Source of the DNA: Nemertoderma westbladi
Lineage: Eukaryota > Animalia > Xenacoelomorpha
Length of the DNA stretch: 64,000 nucleotides
Reading direction: 5' to 3'
NCBI GenBank assembly: GCA_032718475.1
Contig: JAUCBJ010001839.1
Span: forward strand, 1 to 64,000
Shown here: in pieces, positions 48,701-56,500 of the stretch
How the letters are laid out: every line of letters starts with the position of its first letter
Position numbering within the stretch: position 1 is the first letter of the stretch
The notes under the pieces: model-generated
The model's database searches: none
What the model saw: the letters and a program-made list of their open reading frames with translations, nothing else
What the model was told of the DNA's origin: nothing
Made by a program: the position numbers and the translations under genes

Positions 48701-51700
48701 CAGTTGAAAATGTTGTTAATAACTGAGTTGTTTGCGTATGATCCCACACTCAATAACCCCCGTAGATGTTATCGATATGAACGTCCAACTTCTCAATTTC
48801 GTTGCTATTCAGGGACCCTATATAAAATCGTGCACTATAAAGCATGCCTGGAAGGGCTACACAGTTCCAAAGAATTGACAAAGTACTCGCATCTAATCGA
48901 TGAATTGTCCACCTCCTCCTGTGGAAACTGTCAGCAATCAATGGCGCTGATGCACCGAATACATTTTTCAAATCCATCATGATTATTGTATCAACTTTTT
49001 TTTAAATTGCGACAATTAAATATATATAAAATATATATAGATAAATTGCGATTTTATCAACTTACTTTCAGAGGGATATAGGAGCCGTTAATTTTAATAA
49101 AAAAATGTTGGATGCGGTGAGGTGGACGTACTGTATGTATCCAGTTGGACTTCCATGTTTAATTTAGGGTGGGGGGGGGGGGGGGGGGGGGACTGCGAAT
49201 GGACTGGCATGGACTGCGAAACCAAGTCCTTCAATTGAGTCATCAAACTTGAGATTTCCACAGTTTTACAGTAATAATCAAGCAGGGTTAAACAATCACA
49301 TGGATTGAGTCGACCACTAAGTTTCCTAAAATCTACCATTAATTTTCACTCATCAAGCTGTGTCTTAGTCGAGCAACCAGTTTTTTCGCTTCTTTAAAGA
49401 GCTTGTGCTTGTATATCTTTGTGTCTTCCTGTTTTTCGTCCTGCCACATCTGATAGAGCTTTTTGGACGTATTTACTCTCTGCCTTAATTGTGATGATTG
49501 TGTCCATGGTTTTCGTCGGTTTTTGGACAGATGAGTGGGCATGAAGGTTGGGATATGTTTCTCTGCTGCCCTCATTAACAAACATTCCAGGCCATCGGAG
49601 TATTCGTTGAGCGACTTCGCAATAACATTAGCTCCAATTTCCCCGTATCTGTTGTTGAAATTATCGAGTTCTTGGTCTACCTCAGCTTTATAAAAGCGTC
49701 TAGAGACAGGCTCGTGGCCCTATTCCAAGCGAATTTATTTTGTCGCAGTGCTGGTTTCTTCACCTCGTTAATATTATCTTTGCGTTCACCCATTTTGATG
49801 CTAATTCTTGCAGTTATTAGTGTATGATCTGAGAAATTGTTCACATTATCCATCTGTACGACAATCCCAGATATGTGAGAGGATAATACGTAGTGTAAAT
49901 TGTGATTAAGTAGCGTAAAAGTGCAAAATATGATGTATGGAAATGAATAGAGATATTATATGATTGTTACAGTCAAGGTGATATCATTATTAAACGTTTT
50001 CAATGTGCTACTGATGTACACAAGACAAATATGAAATTAGTTATGATATAGTGAAATATTGGAATGCAGGTATTTAGACTATTAAAATTGTTTAAATATA
50101 ACGGGAGTGAACCTGAGCAAATAAATAAATATACGCCGTGATGCTGTTGTTATACACGTACCGTCACAATTAACTCCGTCTCCAGAATAACCGGTGTGAC
50201 AGTTACAAGTGAATCCACCATCGTTATTGTTGCAGTCAGCGTTGGTATCGCAGTTATGGGTTCCGTCGCTACATTCATCATCGTCTGAAACAGAAATATA
50301 AATTCATTAAAATATTATTCTGCTTGAGAGATAGAATACATTACAATTATAACAACTTACAATTATTATAAAATACATAACAATCTCACCATCACAGTTT
50401 ACTCCGTCGCCATGGTAGCCGTTATTACAGTTACATTCGAAGCTTCCTGGAGTGTTGGTACAGGTCGCATCGTCATCGCAGTTATGGGAACCATCGGTAC
50501 ATTCATTGTCATCTGTAAACAATGAGTAGATAGTTAGTCGTGTACGGTACTGTGTTCCAATAGTTGCGAACTTTTGTTCAAATAGTTGCGAACCTTTGTT
50601 CAACTAGTTGCGCACTTTTTTCCAATAGTTGCGAACTTTGTTCCATTATTTGCGAACTTTTGTTCCAATAGTTGCGAACTTTGTTCCAATAGATGCGAAC
50701 TTTGTTCCAATATTTGCGAACTTTTGTTCCAATAGTTGCGAACTTTGTTCCAATAGTTGCGAACTTTTGTTCCAATAGTTGCAACTTTGTTCCAATAGTT
50801 GTGAACTTTGTTCCAATATTTGCGAACTTTGTTCCAATAGTTGCGAACTTTGTTAATGTAGTTGCGAACTTTGTTCATGTAGTTGTGAACTTTGTTGGAA
50901 AGTTCCCCAAACCCCAACCTGGTTTTCGAATGAGCACCATATCGTCATAATAACAACATAATACGATTAGGAATTGAATCTCATATATACAAACTATTTC
51001 CTTCAGTGGTGTAGTCGGCACTTTAGAATACAGTGCGATGTGAGACGCACGAGGCGAGATCCGAGACGTATAGTGTAGATAGGCCTAATAAGGTGATGAT
51101 GGATCGCTCTTTATAGAGAATAGAGAAGTTTTGTCCTTATAACCTTATCATTCCTTTATCACACAGATGAAGTCTGAAAGTACCTATTTGGAAATTTCTA
51201 CACTCTGCCGGCATCTTTACTAATTAAGAAAAAACATCCACTATGTTGATTACTGGTCAGTCTGTTTAACTGGCCAATTAGCACAGATGTGTTTCTTCTA
51301 AAAGTACCGAACTACTTCCTGGTGCCCAACACTTTATTATATCTGTTTATTTATTTCGATTGCGTCTCTCGGCATAAAATAATGTACTGAACTAATGTAA
51401 AATAAATAAATACGATTAATGTATGTAAAATGTATTTAGTAGTAATTTAAAATATGATAAATTAGTTTGGGAATAGTTTAAAATTGGAGTGAGTTTAATA
51501 TTGCGACGCATCAATCATTGTCATCTGTAAACAAATTATTCGGACATTACGTAATGTTGTTATGTGTTACAATAACCATTAGTACTACAGACTTTTAGTA
51601 CAATTTATATAGTTTATAAAGTTCTATGAATATATCGGCTGATACTATAAAACATATATATAATACAGTGCTATGTTTGGCGGACTATAATACAGTGCTT

Positions 51701-53480
51701 AAAGATACATTTTATCACGCACCATCACAAGTGACACCATCTCCATGGTAACCTTCATTACAAGAACAACTAAAACCGCCATCGTAGTTGCTGCAAGAGG
51801 CGTTAGTGTCACAATTATGGGAGCCGTCGGAGCACTCATCGTCGTCTGCAAAATCAAAACAAATCTTATGAAATATTGTCTTCAGCTGTTTGTCTTCTCA
51901 ACACTTTCCTCGAATTTGTTATTCTACCCCTTTAGAAGTGCTTATATAACTCTTTTAATCTCATTGTGTTATATGGGGTTAAAGCTCATGGACTACGATC
52001 ACCCTATTTAACTTTTAAAGAAAATGCCACAGGGTTGCCACTCCTTTCAGTTTCAATTTTCTCAGACATTACCCAGACATTTTTAAGAACCCTGACTGCA
52101 GGTACGGTACACTACCATTTTATCGAATTATATCGGTCGCTTTATCTTATTCATGACCGCAGTATTATATTCCAACAAATGTTTCATAATAATTAGCGAG
52201 TATTTTAATCTTTATCGGCAAACTACCACAACAGACCAAACACGCCTAAAGAAGGGAACGAAGTGCATCTCTTATATATTATATTAGTGATGTGGGAAAT
52301 AAAACGGCGAGATGAAGCGAGTAGATAACATTTTGATACATTCTCACTTATGGCATTTCCTTGATTTATCCATTAAGAATCCCTGACAGTTCAAGAAAAT
52401 ATATAATTCCCTGACTATTCCAGATTTTCCAGGAATTCCAGGTGAGTGGCAACTCTGTGCCACTTTATAGAGGTAGGTTTAGTTGTTGTAGGAAAGAGGG
52501 ACCTTCAACAAATAATACAATTATTATATTATATTATCTCTGATAGCCAATCTTGAGATGTTCGAACCCAGTTCCGTTTACAGCCAGCTTACTACAATTT
52601 CTAAAATGTTGTTTATATATTTATTAAATTTTTTTATGTTAGTCGATATTGTTTATCATTGTCATTACGAAGGGTTTGACAATTCTAAAAGACCTATTGT
52701 ACGTAAAATAAGCTAAAAATATTTATGCGAAAAAGACAAAATTTCTCAAATATTTCATACCGTCACAAACATCCCCGGGGCCAGAATATCCGTCTTGACA
52801 CTCGCAATGGAAGGCACCCGGTCCGTCGTTAATGCAATCAGCGTTCTCGTCACAGTTATGTGATCCATCATTACAGGGATTGGTGGGGTCGCAGGTGACT
52901 CCATCGCCTACGTAACCTAGCAATAGAAACAAATGCGTTACCCATAGCAACACAGGATCCTAACAACGGAAATACAAAATAATTGGTGCCCGTCGTTTGA
53001 CACATAAGTAAATTAACAAAGTATAACTATAGCCACAAACTGTAATCAAATAACTAAAATTATGGACTACTCACTAACCAGGGAGACAGGTGCATTCGAA
53101 TGATCCAAATGTGTTCGTACAACGAGCGTTTTCACCACAATTGTGATCACCATTAGTACATTCGTTGTCATCTGTTAAAAATAAATAAAATGGTTGAGAA
53201 ACATTAGGTATTATAAATTTGGCATTAAGGGATTTGGCATTAAGGGATCACGGCATTTCGGTCTATATAATTAGGCTACCATGTCTACTGTATATTGAAG
53301 AAGTGTAAACGTGACAACCATATATGGCATGGAACATCCGCCACTAACCGTTACAGAAGTGTGGGTTACCGCTGGGATGGAATCCTTCTAGACAGGTGCA
53401 TTCGTAGCTGCCGATTGTGTTGGTGCACTCTGTAGTGGTTTCATCGCAGTTTGCCCGCCCAAGTTCGCACTCATCCACGT
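631..53480 (-). CDS. Partial multi-exon gene (29 exons in window) for a large tandem calcium-binding EGF-repeat extracellular protein (fibrillin-like architecture); start and stop lie outside the window
   Basis: 29 exons with AG/GT boundaries, all phase 1 and multiples of 3 nt, splice into one open frame of about 1215 aa. Nearly every module matches D-x-[DN]-E-C...C-x-[ND]-x4-[FY]-x-C-x-C..G-[YF]..C. No TB/8-Cys or other domain seen, so no gene symbol assigned. Confidence 0.9.
886..1156. mobile_element. MITE-like element with G/C-tract TIRs
   Basis: ggtac...gggggggaaactggacgcaa at left vs ttgcgtccagtccccc...gtacc at right; TSD not identified. Confidence 0.55.
1359..1481 (-). CDS. cbEGF exon type B' ([41 protein letters not shown])
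   Basis: 123 nt, tacag acceptor, gtaag donor. Confidence 0.9.
2415..3613 (+). CDS. ADPRHL2: ADP-ribosylhydrolase ARH3-like (ADP-ribosylglycohydrolase family), nested antisense gene; exons 2415-2659 and 2818-3613, 346 aa
   Basis: [47 protein letters not shown] motifs. Phase-2 GT-AG intron 2660-2817 joins the two ORFs in frame. TGA ends at 3613. Confidence 0.92.
3731..3736 (+). terminator. Candidate polyadenylation signal of the ARH3-like gene
   Basis: AATAAA about 120 nt after the stop, with further copies near 3755 and 3773; region is AT-rich so chance occurrence is possible. Confidence 0.45.
4355..4480 (-). CDS. cbEGF exon type C' ([42 protein letters not shown])
   Basis: 126 nt, ttcag acceptor, gtaag donor. 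Confidence 0.9.
4582..4854 (+). mobile_element. Non-autonomous TGT-targeting element, diverged copy
   Basis: tgt|gggacgaaccacgcagt ... gtgctgcgcgacgccccacgaacg|tct; termini match the copies at 40197-40521 and 41043-42832. Confidence 0.65.
5010..5850 (-). pseudogene. Decayed non-LTR retrotransposon RT remnant (RTE-like); related fragment at about 15-180
   Basis: Minus strand near 5720-5840 gives PVSKKGNL...[25 protein letters not shown]; nearly the same DNA at about 20-140; boundaries approximate. Confidence 0.65.
6054..6176 (-). CDS. cbEGF exon type D ([41 protein letters not shown])
   Basis: 123 nt, ttcag acceptor, gtacg donor; not in ORF track, translated by hand. Confidence 0.9.
6282..6404 (-). 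CDS. cbEGF exon type E ([41 protein letters not shown])
   Basis: 123 nt, tacag acceptor, gtgag donor. Confidence 0.9.
6773..6904 (-). CDS. cbEGF exon type A
   Basis: 132 nt, cacag acceptor, gtaag donor; near-identical to 631-762. Confidence 0.9.
7309..9300. mobile_element. Non-autonomous hAT-like DNA transposon
   Basis: 8-bp TSD acgctgtc/gcgctgtc (7301-7308, 9301-9308); imperfect TIRs cactagcgtagcgagg / cctggctacgcggctg; absent from the paralogous intron near 14775. Confidence 0.8.
8873..9134. mobile_element. Small TIR element with subterminal (cttcgcccg)n repeats nested in the hAT-like element
   Basis: Several cttcgccc repeats at left, inverted gcgggcgaag at right; TSD unclear. Confidence 0.5.
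9394..9522 (-). CDS. EGF exon type B ([43 protein letters not shown])
   Basis: 129 nt, tttag acceptor, gttag donor. Confidence 0.88.
9913..10038 (-). CDS. cbEGF exon type C ([42 protein letters not shown])
   Basis: 126 nt, ttcag acceptor, gtaag donor. Confidence 0.9.
10792..10914 (-). CDS. cbEGF exon type D
   Basis: 123 nt, AG/GT, paralog of 6054-6176. Confidence 0.9.
11019..11141 (-). CDS. cbEGF exon type E
   Basis: 123 nt, AG/GT. Confidence 0.9.
11516..11647 (-). CDS. cbEGF exon type A
   Basis: 132 nt, AG/GT. Confidence 0.9.
11778..13898 (-). mobile_element. Non-autonomous Helitron/Helentron-like element
   Basis: Minus-strand 3' end agccagcttgctggct hairpin plus ttCTAG; subTIR aacgaacctgcc/ggcaggttcgtt; 5' hairpin gcctatt-tatt-aataggc; inserted between A and T with no TSD. 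Confidence 0.75.
11974..13149. mobile_element. Non-autonomous DNA transposon (MULE-like) with TIRs built of ggacacttcccccc repeats
   Basis: GG...CC termini, 8-bp TSD aagtatat (11966-11973, 13150-13157), about 140-bp repeat-built TIRs; superfamily is inference. Confidence 0.75.
13968..14095. mobile_element. 128-bp mini-MITE / hairpin with perfect 34-bp inverted repeats
   Basis: tgcaagactggccgcaatgggtgtctagcaatta (13968-14001) and its exact reverse complement (14062-14095). Confidence 0.7.
14861..14989 (-). CDS. EGF exon type B
   Basis: 129 nt, AG/GT; appears identical to 9394-9522. Confidence 0.88.
15437..16576 (-). pseudogene. LINE reverse transcriptase domain fragment
   Basis: 379-aa ORF with YADD; separated from the 16756-17838 ORF by a frameshift. 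Confidence 0.88.
16756..18038 (-). pseudogene. LINE endonuclease C-terminus, linker and RT N-terminus fragments
   Basis: YRPP/GDFN (17841-18038), LDHI/SDH and NYRPVSI (16756-17838). Confidence 0.85.
18894..19019 (-). CDS. cbEGF exon type C
   Basis: 126 nt, AG/GT. Confidence 0.9.
19715..19837 (-). CDS. cbEGF exon type D
   Basis: 123 nt, AG/GT. Confidence 0.9.
19943..20065 (-). CDS. cbEGF exon type E
   Basis: 123 nt, AG/GT. Confidence 0.9.
20861..21035 (+). repeat. copia 5' LTR
   Basis: tgtgagtact...ttctaaca; one mismatch seen versus the 3' LTR. Confidence 0.95.
21037..21048 (+). promoter_or_regulatory. Primer binding site (tRNA-iMet type)
   Basis: TGGTAGCAGAGC 1 nt after the LTR, the PBS described for GalEa elements. 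Confidence 0.85.
21049..25374 (+). pseudogene. copia gag-pol polyprotein with frameshifts and a premature stop
   Basis: Pieces 21008-21220, 21269-22363, 22317-23123, 23068-25044, 25045-25374; [59 protein letters not shown]. Confidence 0.9.
25455..25629 (+). repeat. copia 3' LTR
   Basis: Direct repeat of 20861-21035, preceded by purine tract gaggggaga. Confidence 0.95.
25817..25948 (-). CDS. cbEGF exon type A (ends HRCG)
   Basis: 132 nt, cacag acceptor, gtagg donor. Confidence 0.9.
26060..26182 (-). CDS. cbEGF exon type D
   Basis: 123 nt, AG/GT. Confidence 0.9.
26291..26413 (-). CDS. cbEGF exon type E
   Basis: 123 nt, AG/GT. Confidence 0.9.
26451..32176. repeat. Intronic 21-bp satellite 1, array a (consensus gttgcgaactttgttccaata), about 270 units with higher-order blocks
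   Basis: Visible 21-bp period; identical ORFs recur at offsets of 2532 and 694 bp. Confidence 0.95.
32820..34462 (+). mobile_element. Non-autonomous Helitron/Helentron-like element
   Basis: 3' agcca-acttgc-tggct hairpin plus ttCTAG; subTIR aggagcccg/cgggctcct; 5' hairpin cccgc..gcggg; (actg)n near 32890; precise A|T insertion without TSD versus empty site at 47590. Confidence 0.82.
34480..35996 (-). pseudogene. Heavily deleted non-LTR retrotransposon remnant (RTE-X-like), copy 1
   Basis: Minus strand about 35580-35650 reads [23 protein letters not shown]; paralogous to 47600-49850; boundaries approximate. Confidence 0.65.
34710..34928. mobile_element. MITE
   Basis: TIR gggggtaaacgctacgcctacacttacaccta / taggtgtaagtgtaggcgtaacgtttaccccc; absent near 47825. 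Confidence 0.75.
36004..36141 (-). repeat. gypsy 3' LTR
   Basis: Direct repeat of 40066-40195 with an 8-bp duplication and a few substitutions. Confidence 0.9.
36288..40030 (-). pseudogene. gypsy gag-pol with multiple frameshifts
   Basis: [11 protein letters not shown] start at 40030; [14 protein letters not shown]; [24 protein letters not shown]; VETDASD; HPGV..CRIC, VDFKGP, NDRG. Confidence 0.9.
40066..40195 (-). repeat. gypsy 5' LTR
   Basis: 130 bp, TG..CA; ATTAAA on the element strand. Confidence 0.9.
40197..40521 (+). mobile_element. Non-autonomous TGT-targeting element; its left tip (36000-36003) was displaced by the gypsy insertion
   Basis: ggggcgagccacgaagtg...cacttcgtgctgcgcgaagaccccacgaacg; tgt at 35997-35999 and 40522-40524; about 50-bp internal inverted repeats; empty site aattgtgatga near 49490. 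Confidence 0.75.
40864..40986 (-). CDS. cbEGF exon type D
   Basis: 123 nt, AG/GT. Confidence 0.9.
41043..42832 (-). mobile_element. 1.8-kb TGT-targeting element inserted in the normally about 105-bp E-D intron
   Basis: aca|cgttcgtggggccttcgcgcagcac ... cacttcgtggctcgcccc|aca; paralogous introns read gaatacattaca uninterrupted. Confidence 0.82.
42885..43007 (-). CDS. cbEGF exon type E
   Basis: 123 nt, AG/GT. Confidence 0.9.
43164..43404. mobile_element. MITE (PIF/Harbinger-like)
   Basis: TIR agccgtatt/aatacggct, flanked by ctg/cag; absent from the paralogous intron near 20205. Confidence 0.65.
44257..44388 (-). CDS. cbEGF exon type A (ends HRCG)
   Basis: 132 nt, AG/GT. Confidence 0.9.
44500..44622 (-). 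CDS. cbEGF exon type D
   Basis: 123 nt; donor gtgcgt instead of gtacgt. Confidence 0.88.
44812..44934 (-). CDS. cbEGF exon type E
   Basis: 123 nt, AG/GT. Confidence 0.9.
44972..46928. repeat. 21-bp satellite 1, array b (about 93 units)
   Basis: Same consensus and flanks as array a; own variants (ccaatattt, gggagccttttt). Confidence 0.95.
47600..49850 (-). pseudogene. Non-LTR retrotransposon remnant (RTE-X-like), copy 2
   Basis: Paralog of 34480-35996 with different deletions; endonuclease-like NFSDH near 49825; boundaries approximate. Confidence 0.6.
47935..48448 (-). mobile_element. About 510-bp insertion with 9-bp TSD, probable retroposed fragment
   Basis: agtaggttt at 47926-47934 and 48449-48457; short T-run at left; absent near 35030. 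Confidence 0.6.
50162..50284 (-). CDS. cbEGF exon type D
   Basis: 123 nt, AG/GT. Confidence 0.9.
50390..50512 (-). CDS. cbEGF exon type E
   Basis: 123 nt, AG/GT. Confidence 0.9.
50549..50897. repeat. 21-bp satellite 1, array c (about 16 units)
   Basis: Same consensus and flanks as arrays a and b. Confidence 0.92.
51723..51845 (-). CDS. cbEGF exon F ([41 protein letters not shown])
   Basis: 123 nt, tgcag acceptor, gtgcg donor. Confidence 0.88.
52030..52457. mobile_element. hAT-like MITE with a 5-bp TSD (hAT5-like)
   Basis: TIR cagggttgccactc / gagtggcaactctg; tgcca at 52025-52029 and 52458-52462. Confidence 0.75.
52761..52916 (-). CDS. EGF exon G ([52 protein letters not shown])
   Basis: 156 nt, gctag acceptor, gtatg donor; completes the previous EGF and adds one more. 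Confidence 0.88.
53079..53171 (-). CDS. EGF exon H ([31 protein letters not shown]), five Cys, completed by exon G
   Basis: 93 nt, aacag acceptor, gttag donor. Confidence 0.88.
53349..53480 (-). CDS. cbEGF exon I ([44 protein letters not shown])
   Basis: 132 nt, tgtag acceptor, gttag donor; diverged A-like module. Confidence 0.88.
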
Positions 53481-53502
53481 CTACAATATAACATAATCCG
53501 CA

Positions 53503-56500
53503 TTACAGACTCCACTTAATAATCTACAGACCCCACTTACTAAACAACAGTCCCAACTTACTAAACTACAGTCACCACTTACTAAACTAAAGTCCCAACT
53601 TACTAAACTACAGTCACCACTTACTAAACTACAGACCCCACTTACTAAACTACAGACCCCACTTACTAAACTACAGCCCCAACTTAATAAACTACAGACC
53701 CAATTTACTAAACTACAGACCCCATTTACTAAACTAAAGTCCCAACTTAATAAACTAAGAACCCAATTTACTAAACTACAGACCCCATTTACTAAACTAC
53801 AGACCCCACTTACTAAACTACAGTCCCCACTTACTAAACTAAAGTCCCCACTTACTAAACTACAGACCCCACTTAATAATCTACAGACCCCACTTACTAA
53901 ACTACAGACCCCACTTACTAAACTACAGACCCCACTTACTAAACTACAGCCCCAACTTAATAAACTACAGACCCAATTTACTAAACTACAGACCCCATTT
54001 ACTAAACTAAAGTCCCAACTTAATAAACTACAAACCCAATTTACTAAACTACAGACCCCATTTACTAAACTACAGACCCCACTTACTAAACTACAGACCC
54101 AACTTACTAAACTACAGTCCCAACTTACGAAACTACAGACCCCACTTAATAATCTACAGACCCCACTTACTAAACTACAGACCCCACTTAATAATCTACA
54201 GACCCCACTTACTAAACTACAGTCCCCACTTAATAATCTACAGACCCCACTTACTAAACTACAGTCCCCACTTACTAAACTACAGGCCCCACTTACTAAA
54301 CTACAGACCCAACTTACTAAACTACAGACCCCACTTACTAAATTACAGACCGAACTTAATAAACAACAGACCCAATTTACTAAACTACAGACCCCATTTA
54401 CTAAACTAAAGTCCCAACTTAATAAACTACAGACCCAATTTACTAAACTACAGACCCCATTTACTAAACTACAGACCCCACTTACTAAACAACAGACCCA
54501 ACTTAATAAACTACAGACCCCACTTAATAAACTACAGACACTACTTACTAAACTACAGACCCCAATTACTAAACTACAGTCCCGACTTACTAAACTACAG
54601 ACCCAACTTAATAAACTACAGACCCAATTTACTAAACTACAGACCCCATTTTCTAAACTAAAGTCCCAACTTAATAAACTACAGACCCAATTTACTAAAC
54701 TACAGACCCCATTTACTAAACTACAGACCCCACTTACTAAACAACAGACCCAACTTAATAAACTACAGACCCCACTTAATAAACTACAGACACTACTTAC
54801 TAAACTACAGACCCCAATTACTAAACTACAGTCCCGACTTACTAAACTACAGACCCCACTTAATAAACTACAGACCCCACTTACTAAACTACAGACCCCA
54901 CTTAATAAACTACAGACCCCACTTACTAAACTACAGACCCCACTTACTAAACTACATTCCCCACTTACTAAACTACAGGCCCCACTTACTAAACTACAGA
55001 CCCAACTTACTAAACTACAGTCCCAACTTACTAAACTACAGACCCCACTTTATAATCTACAGACCCCACTTAATAAACTACAGACACTACTTACTAAACT
55101 ACAGACCCCACTTACTAAACTACAGTCCCGACTTACTAAACTACAGACCCCACTTAATAAACTACAGACCCCACTTACTAAACTACAGACCCCACTTAAT
55201 AAACTACAGACCACACTTACTAAACTACAGACCCCACTTACTAAACTACATTCCCCACTTACTAAACTACAGGCCCCACTTACTAAACTACAGACCCAAC
55301 TTACTAAACTACAGTCACCACTTACTAAACTACAGACCCCACTTACTAAACTACAGACCCAACTTACTAAACTAAAGTCCCAACTTAATAAACTACAGAC
55401 CCCATTTACTAAACTACAGACCCCATTTACTAAACTACAGACCCCACTTACTAAACTACAGACCCCACTTACTAAACTAAAGTCCCAACTTAATTAACTA
55501 CAGACCCCCCTTACTAAACTACAGACCCCACTTACTAAACTACAGTCCCGACTTACTAAACTAAAGTCCCAACTTAATAAACTACACATCCCCCTTACTA
55601 AACTACAGACCCCACTTACTAAACTACAGACCAAACTTACTAAACTACAGTCACCACTTACTAAACTACAGACCCCACTTACTAAACTACAGACCCCACT
55701 TACTAAACTACAGACCAAACTTACTAAACTACAGTCACCACTTACTAAACTACAGACCCCACTTACTAAACTACAGACCCCACTTAATAAACTACAGACC
55801 CCACTTACTAAACTACAGTCACCACTTACTAAACTAAAGTCCCAACTTAATTAACTACAGGCCCCACTTACTAAACTACAGTCACCACTTACTAAACTAC
55901 AGTCACCACTTACTAAACTACAGACCCCACTTACTAAACTACAGACCCCACTTAATAAACTACAGACCCCACTTACTAAACTACAGTCACCACTTACTAA
56001 ACTACAGTCACCACTTACTAAACTAAAGTCCCAACTTAATTAACTACAGACCCCACTTAATAAACTACAGACCCCACTTACTAAACTACAGTCACCACTT
56101 ACTAAACTAAAGTCCCAACTTAATTAACTACAGGCCCCACTTACTAAACTACAGACCCCACTTACTAAACTACAGTCCCCACTTACTAAACAACAGCCCC
56201 GACTTACTAAACTACATACCCCACTTACTAAACTACAGTCACCACTTACTAAACAACATACCCCACTTACTAAACTACAGTCACCACTTACTAAACTAAA
56301 GTCCCAACTTAATTAACTACAGGCCCCACTTACTAAACTACATTCCCCACTTACTAAACTACAGGCCCCACTTACTAAACTACAGACCCCACTTACTAAA
56401 CTACAGACCCCACTTACTAAACTACAGTCACCACTTACTAAACAACAGCCCCGACTTACTAAACTACAGTCACCACTTACTAAACTGAAGTCCCAACTTA

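Noticed and set aside
50307-50603. ORF running in frame from the satellite into exon E
   Set aside because: The same junction has stops or frame changes in the paralogs at 26436 and 44946, and a good acceptor lies at 50513-50514.
631-53480. Naming the host gene fibrillin, Notch or fibropellin
   Set aside because: Only EGF modules are visible; no TB, LNR, CUB or avidin-like domains in the window.
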